Source: Malacoraja senta (lineage: Eukaryota). From it: a stretch of DNA of 64,000 nucleotides. The stretch is taken from assembly GCA_038087875.1 (NCBI GenBank), contig CM075994.1:11658001-11722000 (forward strand), given 5' to 3'. Under the pieces are notes generated by a model. That model was given only the letters and a program-made list of their open reading frames with translations, was not told where the DNA came from and made no database searches. Made by a program: the position numbers and the translations under genes. Shown in pieces: positions 39,875-52,329 of the stretch (the first letter of the stretch is position 1; each line of letters opens with the position of its first letter).

Positions 39875-42057
39875 TATATTGTTGTTTTATGGGAAGGATG
39901 TAGAAGAGAAATGGAGGACATTTAAAGGTGAAATTTTAACAGTACAGAATCTTTATGTACCTGTTCGGTTGAAAGGAAATAGTAAAAATTGGAAAGAGCC
40001 ATGGTTTTCAAGGGAAATTGGACACTTGGTTCGGAAAAAGAGAGACATCTACAATAATTATAGGCAGCATGGAGTAAATGAGGTGCTTGAGGAATGTAAA
40101 GAATGTAAAAAGAATATTAAGAAAGAAATTAGAAAAGCTAAAAGAAGATATGAGGTTGCTTTGGCAAGTAAGGTGAAAGTAAATCCAAAGGGTTTCTACA
40201 GCTATATTAATAGCAAAAGGATAACAAGGAATAAAATTGGTCCATTAGAGAGTCAGAGTGGACAGCTATCTGCAGAGCCAAAAGAGATGGGGGAGATACT
40301 GAACAATTTCTTTTCTTCGGTATTCACCAAGGAGAAGGATATGGAATTATGTGAGGTAAGGGAAACAAGCAGAGTAGCAATGTAAACTATGAGATTCAAA
40401 GAAGAGGAGGTGCGGACACTTTTGAAAAATATGAAAACGGATAAGTCTCCAGGTCCTGACAGGATATTCCCGAGGACATTGAGGGAAGTTAGTGTAGAAA
40501 TAGCAGGGGCTATGACAGAAATATTTCAAATGTCATTAGAAACGGGAATAGTGCCGCAGGATTGGCGTACTGCGCATGTTGTTCCGTTGTTTAAAAAGGG
40601 TTCTAAGAGCAAACCTAGCAATTATAGACCTGTTAGTTTGACGTCAGTGGTGGGCAAATTAATGGAAAGGATACTTAAAGATAATATATATAAGCATCTG
40701 GATAAGCAGGGTCTGATTAGGAACAGTCAACATGGATTTGTGCCTGGAAGGTCATGTTTGACTAATCTTCTAGAATTTTTCGAAGAGGTTACTAGTGAAA
40801 TTGATGAGGGTAAAGCAATGGATGTTGTCTATATGGACTTCAGTAAGGCCTTTGACAAGGTTCCTCATGGAAGGTTGGTTAAGAAGATTCAATTGTTGGG
40901 TATTAATGGTGGAGTAGCAAGATGGATTCAACAGTGGCTGAATGGGAGATGCCAGAGAGTAATGGTGGATGGCTGTTTGTCAGGTTGGAGGCCGGTGACT
41001 AGTTTGTCAGGTTAGATGGGTGCCTCAGGGGTCTGTGTTGGGTCCACTGTTGTTTGTCATGTACATCAATGATCTGGATGATGGTGTGGAAAATTGGATT
41101 AGTAAGTATGCAGATAATACTAAGATAGGTGGTGTGGTGGATAATGAAGTAGATTTTCAAAGTCTACAGAGAGATTTAGGCCATTTGGAAGAGTGGGCTG
41201 AAAGATGGCAGATGGAGTTTAATGATGATAAATGTGAGGTACTACATCTCGGCAGGACAAATCAAAATAGGACGTACATGGTAAATGGTAGAGAATTGAG
41301 GAATGCAGTTGAACAGAGGGATCTAGGAATAACTGTGCATAGTTCCCTGAAGGTGGAATCTCATGTAGATAGGGTGGTAAAGAAAGCTTTTGGGGTGCTG
41401 GCCTTTATAAATCAGAGCATTGAATATAGAAGTTGGGATGTAATGTTAAAATTGTACAAGGCATTGGTGAGGCCAATTCTGGAGTATGGAGTACAATTTT
41501 GGTCGCCTAATTATAGGAAGGATGTCAACAAAATAGAGAGTACATAGGAGATATACTAGAATGTTGCCTGGGTTTCAGCAACTAAGTTACAGAGAAAGGT
41601 TGAACAAGTTAGGTCTTTATTCTTTGCAGCGCAGAAGGTTAAGAGGGGACTTGATAGAGGTCTTTAAAATTATGAGCGGGTTAGTCAGAGTTCACGTGGA
41701 TAAGCTTTTTCCATTGAGAGTAGGGAAGATTCAAACAAGGGGACATGACTTGAGAATTAAAGGACAGATGTTTAGGGGTAACATTAGGGGGGACTTATTT
41801 ACTCAGAGAGTGGTAGCTGTGTGGAATGAGCTTCCAGTGGAAGTGGTGGAGCCTGGTTCGATTTTATCCTTTAAAAATAGATTGGATGGGTATATGGACG
41901 GGAAAGGAATGGAGGGTTATGGTCTGAGTGCAGGTAGATGGGACTATGGGGTGAATTTTTTATTTTTATTTATTTTTAATTTTTTTTTAATGTTCGGCAC
42001 GGACTTGAAGGGCCGAGATGGCCTGTTTCCGTGCTGTAATGGTTATATGGTTATATA
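39875..42057 (+). mobile_element. Young CR1 LINE, 5'-truncated, same subfamily as 13805-15062
   Basis: Consecutive ORF2 fragments (KSPGPDRI, YRPVSLTS, QHGF, DFSKAFDKV, PQGSVLGP, YADNT). Near-identical in sequence to 13857-14975 and shares the ATATGGTT tail. Confidence 0.95.
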
Positions 42058-43027
42058 GATTGCTGACATTCATCTTGTTGAGCATCACCTCTGCTGCTCG
42101 CAAATACTGTGCGTAACATGCTCACCAGAGCTGCACACAGGACTATGCTGTATGTGAAGAATTCTCCCGACTAGAAACGTCACCCCTCTATCGATAGACA
42201 CAAAATACTGAGCAACTCATCGCAGCAGAGAGCTTCCCTGGAGAACATGGATGGGCGACGTTGCGGGTCTGAACCCTTCATGAGTCTGAAAAAGGGTTCC
42301 TTTCGCCCTTGCATGTTCTCCAACAATGCTGCCTTATCCGCTTATTTACTTCAGCGTTTTCTATCGACATTCGTTATAAACCAGCACCAGCAGGTCCTTG
42401 TTATTACGTCACCCATCTCTGTTCCCGACTTGCTGCCTGACCTGTTGTGTTACTCCAACACGTTGTGTCTTGTTGGTAAATACGTATCTACGTGTCGTTG
42501 TGTTAAAGTACAGTAATTTACCCGTTGCTAAACTAGATTTATATCCAATTCTAGTACGATATCTGTGTTCATAATTTCACAGCTGTACAATAAAAGTGTT
42601 CTAGTTAACACGCAATGCCATGCTTGTCGATGAACGACTTCTGCCTGTAGACGATGCACCTACAGACTCCTCCTTCCGATCCTGTTCACTGATGCTGTGT
42701 GGATTTCTCATGTTCTCCCTGCCACCGCGGGGAATTCCCACGGGACTCCAGTTACTGCACGCCCCAAAGACGCAAGTAATTGACAGGGCAAATTGCCTCT
42801 ATAATACTGCCCAGATTCAACTGGGCTGCTGATTCAATAGTGGGCATTTGAGTGACTCAGTAGGGAATAAATTAAATGAGCGTGCAGAGGGGAAAGGGAA
42901 TGCAGACATTACCCTGACGCCCGGTATTGACACGATGGTGCAAATGGTGTCTAGGAAAGTCAGATGCAATGATATAATGTAGAAGGCAACTTAATTTAGA
43001 AACGAGTTTTCACTTTGAACACTTATA

Positions 43028-43941
43028 TCACAACAAACACTTTATTGAATTGGAAATTAAAACGAACGGGCTCTTAATCACATGTATAAATTCCTCCCTG
43101 AATTTTTTCTGAGACACCCCATAAATAAACGTATTGATGCAAGCACTCAGAGACCTCAGCATATATCCGGATAGTTCCGCAATGGTAAATGGGTGGTTGT
43201 TATCTGTTGATGAAAGCTCCACGTTGAGGAAATTTACACTCAAGAAGCACACGAAGTTTACCATCCACAGTAGGACGAGGCTACCGGATATGGACAGCAA
43301 TAGAATGATGGACTTCCTTCTGCTCTCCACCTCTTGATCCGTGCCGCCCTCGTCCTTCGTTTTCCCCCGAAGACCGCTCCTCACTCTGTTAGCGTGTATA
43401 ATGTGCCTGATTGTCAGGGCGTTGAGGAGTATGATCAGCGAAATGGGTAAAAATGGGGTTAAAATGATTTCGATGGACAAAAGGGCTGGCCATAACGGTG
43501 AGGTGTAGAATTCTGGGGTTATGCTACAGGACCAGCCCACTTTGTTAATTATTTCTCGAGGTACGTAGGCAAAATATATAGGTATATTTTCAAAAATACA
43601 GAAGATACATGTCAGCGCTATCACCAAAGCCGCAGTTCTCTCGGTGCAATATTTTGTTCGTAAATTCTGAGTACATATAGTGACAAATCGATCGAAGGTG
43701 AAGGTCACCGTTAACCAGACAGAGCAATCGATGCAAATAAAATTAAAGACAATATTCAGCTTACAAATTTGAGTTATGTTGAGGAATGAATAAGGAAAAT
43801 AGCCATCTGAAATCTCGGAGAGAATTACCTCGAAGATCAGGACCATTAAATCAGCCACGGCCATGGATACCAGATAGCGGGAGATACATTTGGAGAGTCC
43901 ACACTTTCCCCGGGAGAGAATTACGATTGCCATCAGATTAG
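43028..43941 (-). CDS. GPCR paralog C, exon 2; intact 327-aa receptor when spliced to exon 1
   Basis: Acceptor ttcctacag|CT AAT CTG ATG. The frame is uninterrupted, with SRGKCGLSKC, ADL, FTFDRF, ENIP, TPFLP, RRKSIILL, NTFIY and KFREE. 70+914=984 nt, or 328 codons including the stop. Confidence 0.92.
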
Positions 43942-45551
43942 CTGTAGGAAAGACGAAATTAAAATCACCAACATTCACTATTCCAGAAGAACATCAGTTT
44001 GACAGTTCTGCGAAGGTAAATGGAGTATATCAGACTGTCACCTACCCCTTGTACTCGTGTCGCCCACACATCTCTGATTCTGAAAACGACATCTGAAAGA
44101 TGGATTTCGCAAACTAATAGTAAATAAAATGCAGTGGCCAAGGCCATGACTGGACTCGCGGCCTATCGCAGAACGATTGTTAAGAGGTTTGACAGCTATA
44201 GTGGATACATATCTATCGTGAATTCCATTCACCTGACCACAAAGGAATGTGCAGAGTAAAGAATATTAGCCGATTTGCTCATCACAGTCCAGCGCCAAAC
44301 CTTATGCTATAACCTTCCATCTGCAGGCAGAATACAGCATCAACATAAAAACAAGAACAGTTTGATGATTACCGCAGTAGACAAATATTGCGTGTAAACA
44401 TAAATCGCATCGAGAAGTTCTGTACACATTTCCGCGGTGAGGCGTGGCCACACTCGCGTTGCTCACCAGCAGATTGATTTCGCGATAAACATATGAATGC
44501 AAATACTGCATCCAATTCACGCCTCTGCTAAACTATATTTCCGAACGCGCTTGCGTAATAAAGCGTTCTATTTTTATGGCCCATTTCCCTCAACGCAAAT
44601 TGACAGCAGGCGCACTGCTGCCTGACAGCTGAGCGACCTAGGATCGACACTGGTCACTAGTGCTGTTTGCGCCTTCTCCCTGCGCTGGCGTAGGTTCAAC
44701 TCCCTGGGTCATTGTTTGATGGATCGGTTGATGCAGCTTGGTAACAGGTCCCCGGCACACCGAGTCGTGCAGATCATCTATCACCCGTTCACACTGGTTC
44801 TATGTTATCCAACATTCGCATCCATTCCCTGCACACTGGAAGCAAATTATAAAATCCAGTTCACCTACAAACCAGGTCGGGCTGTGAGAGAAATCTAGAG
44901 CGTCTGGACCTTTGGAATGTGGAAGGAGCCAGAGCCGACAGTTGAATCAACGCAATCAGCCGAGATCACGTGCAAATTCCACACAGGATCCCAGGTCAGG
45001 ATCAAACTGTCTGTCTTGCGCTGTAAGGCAGCAGCTCTCCGAGCTCCGCTTATGTGCGGCATGGTTCTCCGTTGTCCTACCTGCGATACACCGCTGGCTG
45101 GTAGGTTACCTGTCCACATCATTTCTCGTCAGTGCATCGGGTCATGGCAAAACTTGGAGTAAATTGAGAAGAGCATGTTAACGGAAAATCAGCCGGTGTG
45201 TCCGATTGCAGTTGGTCGTGACAAAGACCAGATTGACCGAACTTGCCGCCCTCCCTATCATAGGGGCAGCATTCACTGCATTCGCTATCTATCCACTTCG
45301 ATTTGGCGATGAAGTGTAATTACAGTCCGGTTTTTTTTCCACAGCGCTAATGGTGTCAGAAACATCCGCACCAGCTACAGATTGGTATCGTACATGTGTG
45401 GGTATCTTAATTCAGTGTGCGACGGACGGAACCGGTAAATATGAGCCGCACAGTGCTGGATCTGTAACTCAAGCAGTAATTAACAGCACAGATTGTTTCA
45501 CCAGTAAAGGCGAGAGAGCGAAACCTGGGTACCGAATAACAAAGGGCTTAC

Positions 45552-45621
45552 CAGGAATACCAACGATGACAAGGATAGGGTAGAAAATGTTCTCTACCTG
45601 GTTGACCACCGGCAGTTCCAT
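45552..45621 (-). CDS. GPCR paralog C (GPR139/GPR142-like), exon 1
   Basis: Reverse strand reads MELPVVNQVENIFYPILVIVGIP plus G, then a GTAAGC donor. 70 nt, phase 1. Confidence 0.88.
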
Positions 45622-47129
45622 GTCCAGATATAATCGACGTTTTCTGCCAGTAGTCTGACAGGTCGCTTGCTTTTACAGTTAGCTGCATATTCTCCAGATA
45701 AATCATATGACTTCTAATCAAGGCAAATTAATTGGGATTAGTGTCAGTCAGTTAAACAAACAAAGTTAACCTCATCACGTTAGCTGCTGCTAAGTATGTT
45801 ATTGCGCAATAACTGCCAGCATTGTTCTATAAAATTGATATTATATTACTCTATTACACAAAATAGGGAGAATTATAAGTAAGAACATATATTAATTAAT
45901 CTATACGCATTCTCTGATTCCCACGTTAATGTAATGTTGAATTATCCACGCATATCCATATGCCGATCTAAAAGCTTCTTGCACATAACTCACATCTGCT
46001 TTCACCACCATCCCTGGTTGCTCGTTCCATGCACTCGCCACTACCTACAAAACCTCCTGACCGCGTATCTGCTTTAAATGTTGACCCTCTCAATTTAAAC
46101 ATATGCCCTCTAGTCCATCCCAGCAAGGACAAGTTTCTGACAGTTTACCTCATCTATGCCTCCCACAATTGTGTTTATTTATATCACGACTCTCTTCCCC
46201 CTTCAACATTCCAGAGAAAGCGATCAAAGTTTGTCCAACTTCTCCTTGTAACAAATACAGTCTAATCGAGGCAGAATTCCAGTAAAACACTTTTGCATCC
46301 ATTCCAAAGCCTCCACGTCATTGCTGTAAGGGGCGCCCACAACGGCACACAACCCTGCAAATGAGGCCTAACCAAACTGTTGGAGAACAGCATCGTGACT
46401 TCGTGACATTTGTAATCATAGCGCGCCCAACGTAGGGAAGCATTCCATACGCCTCCTGTACCATGCTTTCTGTTTATGGTGCCACTTTCAGGGAACTAAG
46501 CATCTGGACACGAACACCAATCTTCATATCAGTGTTGTTAAGAGTCATGCCGTCAACCGTATCGTTTCGCCTTACATTGACCTCGCAAAAGGCAACACCT
46601 CCTAACTACCGAAATTTAAATCCATCTGCCACTTCCCCGCATATTTCTGCAGCTGACCGACATCCCACTGTGTAGTTTTACAACTTTCCTCCCGTCTCGC
46701 AACTTCAGCAATACCTGCTTTGTCTGCAGACAATCAGAATAACGTATCTACGTCTATATCTATCTCAATGCCTGCAGATGAAAGAGATAGGTATTGGCCA
46801 GTACGACCATGCCCCATCAGCTTCAATGAGGTTCGACTGTTTGAGAGCTTCAATTTGCTTAGCGTTAATATACAGTATGATCTGTGTGGTCCAAACACAA
46901 TGATGGGACAGCTAAGAAGACACACTGAAGTCTACGTCCTTCAGAAACTGAAAACAATCGGTATGTCTCTGGTGACTCTTCCAAGCTTCTGCAGATGCAT
47001 CAAAATAAGTAATCTGCTCTTTCGCCTCCTTCAAAAACCTTGGAAAGAACCCATTACTTCCAGCCACCCACTTCAACCTGACATACACTTATTTTTTCCT
47101 TGTCAGGTTTACGATCTCCTTGGGCTTGT

Positions 47130-48610
47130 TCAGAACCATGGACTGCCCCCCATGGTTCTGAAGTAGATGGCCTCATGGATTGTGGAGGCAATATTTGTGA
47201 TATTTTAAGGATCACTTGAGTTAGTAGTGATTCCCCAAGATTGGTCAATTGCGGATATCACCCCGCTGTACATAAAGGGAGCAAAACAGAAGAGCGGAAA
47301 CTATAGACCGGTTACCCTGGCTTCGGTGGTTGATAATATTTTAGAGTCAATTATAACGGATGAGGCTACCCAGCATTTGGACGTTCGCGATAAAAGAGGC
47401 CGACGTCAGCATGATTTTGTGAAGGGATGATCTTGTCTGACTAATCTGCTGGTGTTCTTTGAGAATGTTAGTAGCTGGACAGACAGAGGGGAGGCGCTAG
47501 ATCTTGCTTTCCTAGAATTTCAGAAGCGCTTCGATGAGGTGCCGCACGTCAGGCTGCTCGGGAATATATGAGTGTCCATGTTATTAATGGGAAGATGCCA
47601 GCAAGGATAGCGGGTTGGCTGTGCGGCAAAGAGTTGCAATAAAATATGCTTTTCCAGGTGGGCTGCCAGTGACTAGTGAAGTTCCGCAAGGGTCGGTGCT
47701 GGGGCCGCTTCTCTTAACTTTCTATATTAATGATTTGGATAAGGGGATTGAAGGCTTCGACGTCTAGTTTGCAGATGATGATCATATAGGTGGAGGGTCA
47801 GTCAGTGGAAAAGAAGCAAGGACTGCAGAAGGACTTGGACAGGTTCGGAGAATGGACAGAGAAGTGGCAGATGAAATCTAGTATAGCAAAGTGCGGAGTC
47901 ATGCATTTTGGTAATAATAATAAAGGCGTTGATTAGTTTGTAAATGGAGACATAATCCAGAAATCAGAGGTGCAAAGGAGTGCTGGTGCAGGACCGCCAA
48001 ATAGTTAATTTACAAGTCGAATTGGTAGTAAGGAAAGCAAATTCAATGTTGGCATTTATATCAAGCGTATTGGAAAACAGAGACGTAATGCTGAGGCTCG
48101 ATAAGGCGCTGGTCAGGCAGCATTTGGAGTACTGTGATCATATCTCAGGAAGGTTGCGCTGGCTCTGGAGCATATTCCAGGAATATGTGGGTTAGCAAAC
48201 GATGAGCGTTTGACAACACTGGGTCACCACTCATTGAAGTTTAGAAGGTAGAGGGGGGACGTCATTGAAATTTACAGAATAATGAAAGGCACAGAAAGGT
48301 TGTTTCCACTGCTGCGAGAGTCTAGGACCAGAGGTCATCGCCTCAGAACTAAAGGGCTATCTTTTAGAAAGGAGATGAGGAGGAACTTTTTTAGTCAGAA
48401 GGAAGTTAATCTGTGGAATTCAGTGCCACGAGGGGCTGTGGAGGCCGTCAGTGGATATTTTTTAAGGCAGAGATAGCCAATTTCTTGATTAGAACGGGTG
48501 TCAAGGGTTATAGACAGAAGGCAGAAAATGGGATTAGGCGGCAGAGATCAGCCACGATTGAATGGCAGAGTAGGTCAGATGGGCCGAATGGCAGAATTCT
48601 ACATCTATAA
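47130..48610 (+). mobile_element. Decayed CR1 ORF2
   Basis: PQDW.IA..TPLY.KG...NYRPV.L.SVV, VPQGSVLGP and FADD-like motifs, with a CR1 3' tail. Confidence 0.85.
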
Positions 48611-49000
48611 CTTGTGAACGTACGTGCAACACCTCTCAGTAACTGTAATTGAAATCCATCTGTCATTTTCCCGTATATTTCTGCAGCTGACCAACATCCC
48701 ACTGTGTAGTTTTGACAGCCTTCCTCCCTTCTCGAAACGTCAGCAATGATAGCTTTGTTTGCAAACTTAAAACCAACCTGTCGATGTCTACCTCACTGAC
48801 AGCAGATGAAACAGATAGATATTGACATCAGTATGAACATGTCCCACCAGCTTCAATGATGCGGAAGTTCGAATGTTTGAGAGCTTCAATCTGCTTGGCG
48901 TTAATATTCTGCTAGTTCTGTGTGGACGACACACAATGAATCCACAACTAAGAAGACCCACTGAAGTCTCTACGTCCTTCGGGCATTGCGACAATTCGGT

Positions 49001-52000
49001 ATAGATACATAGATACATAGAAAATAGGTGCAGGAGTAGGCCATTCGGCCCTTCGAGCCTGCACCGCCATTCAATATGATCATGGCTGATCATCCAACTC
49101 AGTATCCCGTACCTGCCTTCTCTCCATGCCCCCTGATCCCCTTAGCCACAAGGGCCACATCTAACTCCCTCTTAAATATAGCCAATGAACTGGCCTCAAC
49201 TACCCTCTGTGGCAGAGAGTTCCAGAGATTCACCACTCTCTGTGTGAAAAGGTTTTTCCTCATCTCGGTCTTAAAGGATTTCCCCCTTATCCTTAAGCTG
49301 TGACCCCTTGTCCTGGACATCCCCAACATCGGGAACAATCTTCCTGCATCTAGCCTGTCCAACCCCATAAGAATTTTGTACGTTTCTATAAGATCCCCTC
49401 TCAACCTCCTAAATTCTAGCGAGTATAAGCCAAGTTTATCCAGTCTTTCTTCATATGAAAGTCCTGACATCCCAGGAATCAGTCTGGTGAACCTTCTCTG
49501 CACTCCCTCTATGACTATAATGTCCTTCCTCAGATTTGGAGACCAAAACTGTACGCAATACTCCAGGTGTGGTCTCACCAAGACCCTGTACAACTGCAGT
49601 AGAACCTCCCTGCTCCTATACTCAAATCCTTTTGCTATGAAAGCTAACATACCATTCGCTTTCTTCACTGCCTGCTGCACCTGCATGCCTACTTTCAATG
49701 ACTGGTGTACCATGACACCCAGGTCTCGCTGCATCTCCCCATTTCATAATCGGCCACCATTTAGATAATAGTCTGCTTTCCTGTTTTTGCCACCAAAGTG
49801 GATAACCTCACATTTATCCACATTATACTGCATCTGCCAAACATTTGCCCACTCACCCAGCCTATCCAAGTCACCTTGCAGTCTCCTAGCATCCTCCTCA
49901 CAGCTAACACTGCCCCCCAGCTTAGTGTCATCCGCAAACTTGGAGATGTTGCCTTCAATTCCCTCATCCAGTTCATTAATATAAATTGTAAATAGCTGGG
50001 GTCCCAGCACTGAGCCTTGCGGTACCCCACTAGTCACTGCCTGCCATTGTGAAAAGGACCCGTTTACTCCTACTCTTTGCTTCCTGTTTGCCAGCCAGTT
50101 CTCTATCCACATCAATATTGAACCCCCAATGCCATGTGCTTTAAGTTTGTATACTAATCTCTTAAGTGGGACCTTGTCGAAAGCCTTCTGAAAGTCCAGA
50201 TACACCACATCCACTGGTTCTCCCCTATCCACTCTACTAGTTACATCCTCGAAAAATTCTATAAGATTCGTCAGACATGATTTACCTTTCGTAAATCCAT
50301 GCTGACTTTGTCCAATGATTTCACCACTTTCCAAATGTGCTGCTATCCCATCTTTAATAAGTGACTCTAGCAGTTACCCCCACTACCGATGTTAGACTAA
50401 CTGGGCTGTAATTCCCCGTTTTCTCTCTCCCTCCCTTCTTAAAAAGTGGGGTTACGTTTGCTACCCTCCAATTTTCAGGAACTACTCCAGAATTTAAAGA
50501 GTTTTGAAAAATTATCACTAATGCATCCACTATTTCTGGAGCTACTTCCTTAAGTACTCTGGGATGCAGCCTATCTGGCCCTGGTGATTTATCGGCCTTT
50601 AATCCATTCAATTTACCCAACACCACTTCCCGACTAACCTGGATTTCACTCAGTTCCTCCATCTCCTTTGACCCGCGGCCCCCTGCTATTTCCGGCAGAT
50701 TATTTATGTCTTCCTTAGTGAAGACGGAACCAAAGTAGTTATTCAATTGGTCCGCCATATCCTTGTTCCCCATGATCAATTCACCTGTTTCTGACTGCAA
50801 GGGACCTACATTTGTTTTAACTAATCTCTTTCTCTTCACATCTCTCTAAAAACGTTTGCAGTCAGTTTTTATGTTCCCTGCCAGTTTCCTTTCATAATCT
50901 ATTTTCCCTTTCCTAATTAAGCCCTTTGTCCTCCTCTGCTGGTCTCTGAATTTCTCCCAGTCCTCTGGTATGCTGCTTTTTCTGGCTAATTTGTACGCAT
51001 CATCTTTTGCTTTGATACTATCCCTGATTTCCCTTGTTATCCACGGATGCACTACCTTCCCTGATTTATTCTTTTGCCAAACTGGGATGAACATTTTTTG
51101 TAGTTCATCCATGCAGTCTTGAAATGCCTTCCATTGCATATCCACCGTCAACCCTTTTAGAACTAATTGCCAGTCAATCTTGGCCAATTCACGTCTCATA
51201 CCCTCAAAGTTACCTTTCTTTAAGTTCAGAACCGTTGTTTCTGAATTAACAATGTCACTCTCCATCCTAATGAAGAACTCAACCATATTATGGTCACTCT
51301 TGCCCAAGGGGGCACGCACAACAAGACTGCTAACTAACCCTTCCTCATTACTCAATACCCAGTCTAGAATAGCCTGCTCTCTCGTTGGTTCCTCTACATG
51401 TTGGTTTAGATAACTATCCCGCATACATTCCAAGAAATCCTCTTCCTCAGCACCCCTGCCAATTTCATTCACCCAATCTATATGTAGATTGAAGTCACCC
51501 ATTATAACAGTTTTGCCTTTGCTGCACGCATTTCTAATTTCCTGTTTGATGCCATCCCCAACTTCACTACTACTGCTAGGTGGCCTGTACACAACACCCA
51601 CCAGCGTTCCTGCCCCTTAGTGTTTCGCAGCTCTACCCATACCGATTCCACATCCTCCAAGCTAATGTCCTTCCTTTCCACTGCGTTAATCTCCTCCCTA
51701 ACCAGCAACGCTACCCCACCTCCTTTTCCTTTCTCTCTATCCCTCCTGAATATTGAATATCGCTGGATGTTCAGCTCCCAGCCTTGGTCACCCTGGAGCC
51801 ATGTCTCCGTGATCCCAACTATATCATAATCATTAATTGCTATCTGCACGTTCAACTCATCCACCTTATTACGAATGCTCCTTGCATTGAGACACAAAGC
51901 CTTCGGGCTTGTTTTTACAACGCTCTTACCCCTTATACAATTATGTTGAAAAGTGGCCCTTTTTGATTTTTGCCCTGGATTTGTCTGCCTGCCACCTTTA

Positions 52001-52170
52001 CTTTTCACCTTGCTACCTATTGCTTCCGCCCGCATTTTACACCCCTCTGTTTCTCTGCTCGCCCATTTAAGAACCCCACCACCTCTTATTCTCTGTTTAT
52101 TATTGTTTTCTTCTTTCCCCCCTACATCTTGGGTCTGAGTGCTTTCCTTCTCTGCCTCCTGCCTCACACA
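49001..52170 (-). mobile_element. Young near-full ORF2 CR1 LINE (APE endonuclease + RT), frameshifted
   Basis: APE motifs CLNARSI, GITETWL, GGGVA, YRPP, GDFN and SDH. RT motifs DFQKAFDKV, PQGSVLGP and FADDTK. (CTATGTAT)n tail at ~49001-49020. Confidence 0.95.
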
Positions 52171-52329
52171 CTGTCTAATAGCATTCTCTATTTGATGCAC
52201 CAAAACAAGCAATCTGCACTCTGGTCTCCTTCAATAACCTTGTATAGACCGGATTAGGTCCTCCCACTCACTTCAACCTGACATACGCTTCTTTTTCTCT
52301 GGTCAATTTTCCAATTTTACAAAGGGAAT

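Noticed and set aside
43942..43978. N-terminal extension of ORF 43028-43978 (also 6911-6920, and the 25000 start)
   Set aside because: These are intronic polypyrimidine tract or non-ATG starts. The true starts are in the 70-nt upstream exons.
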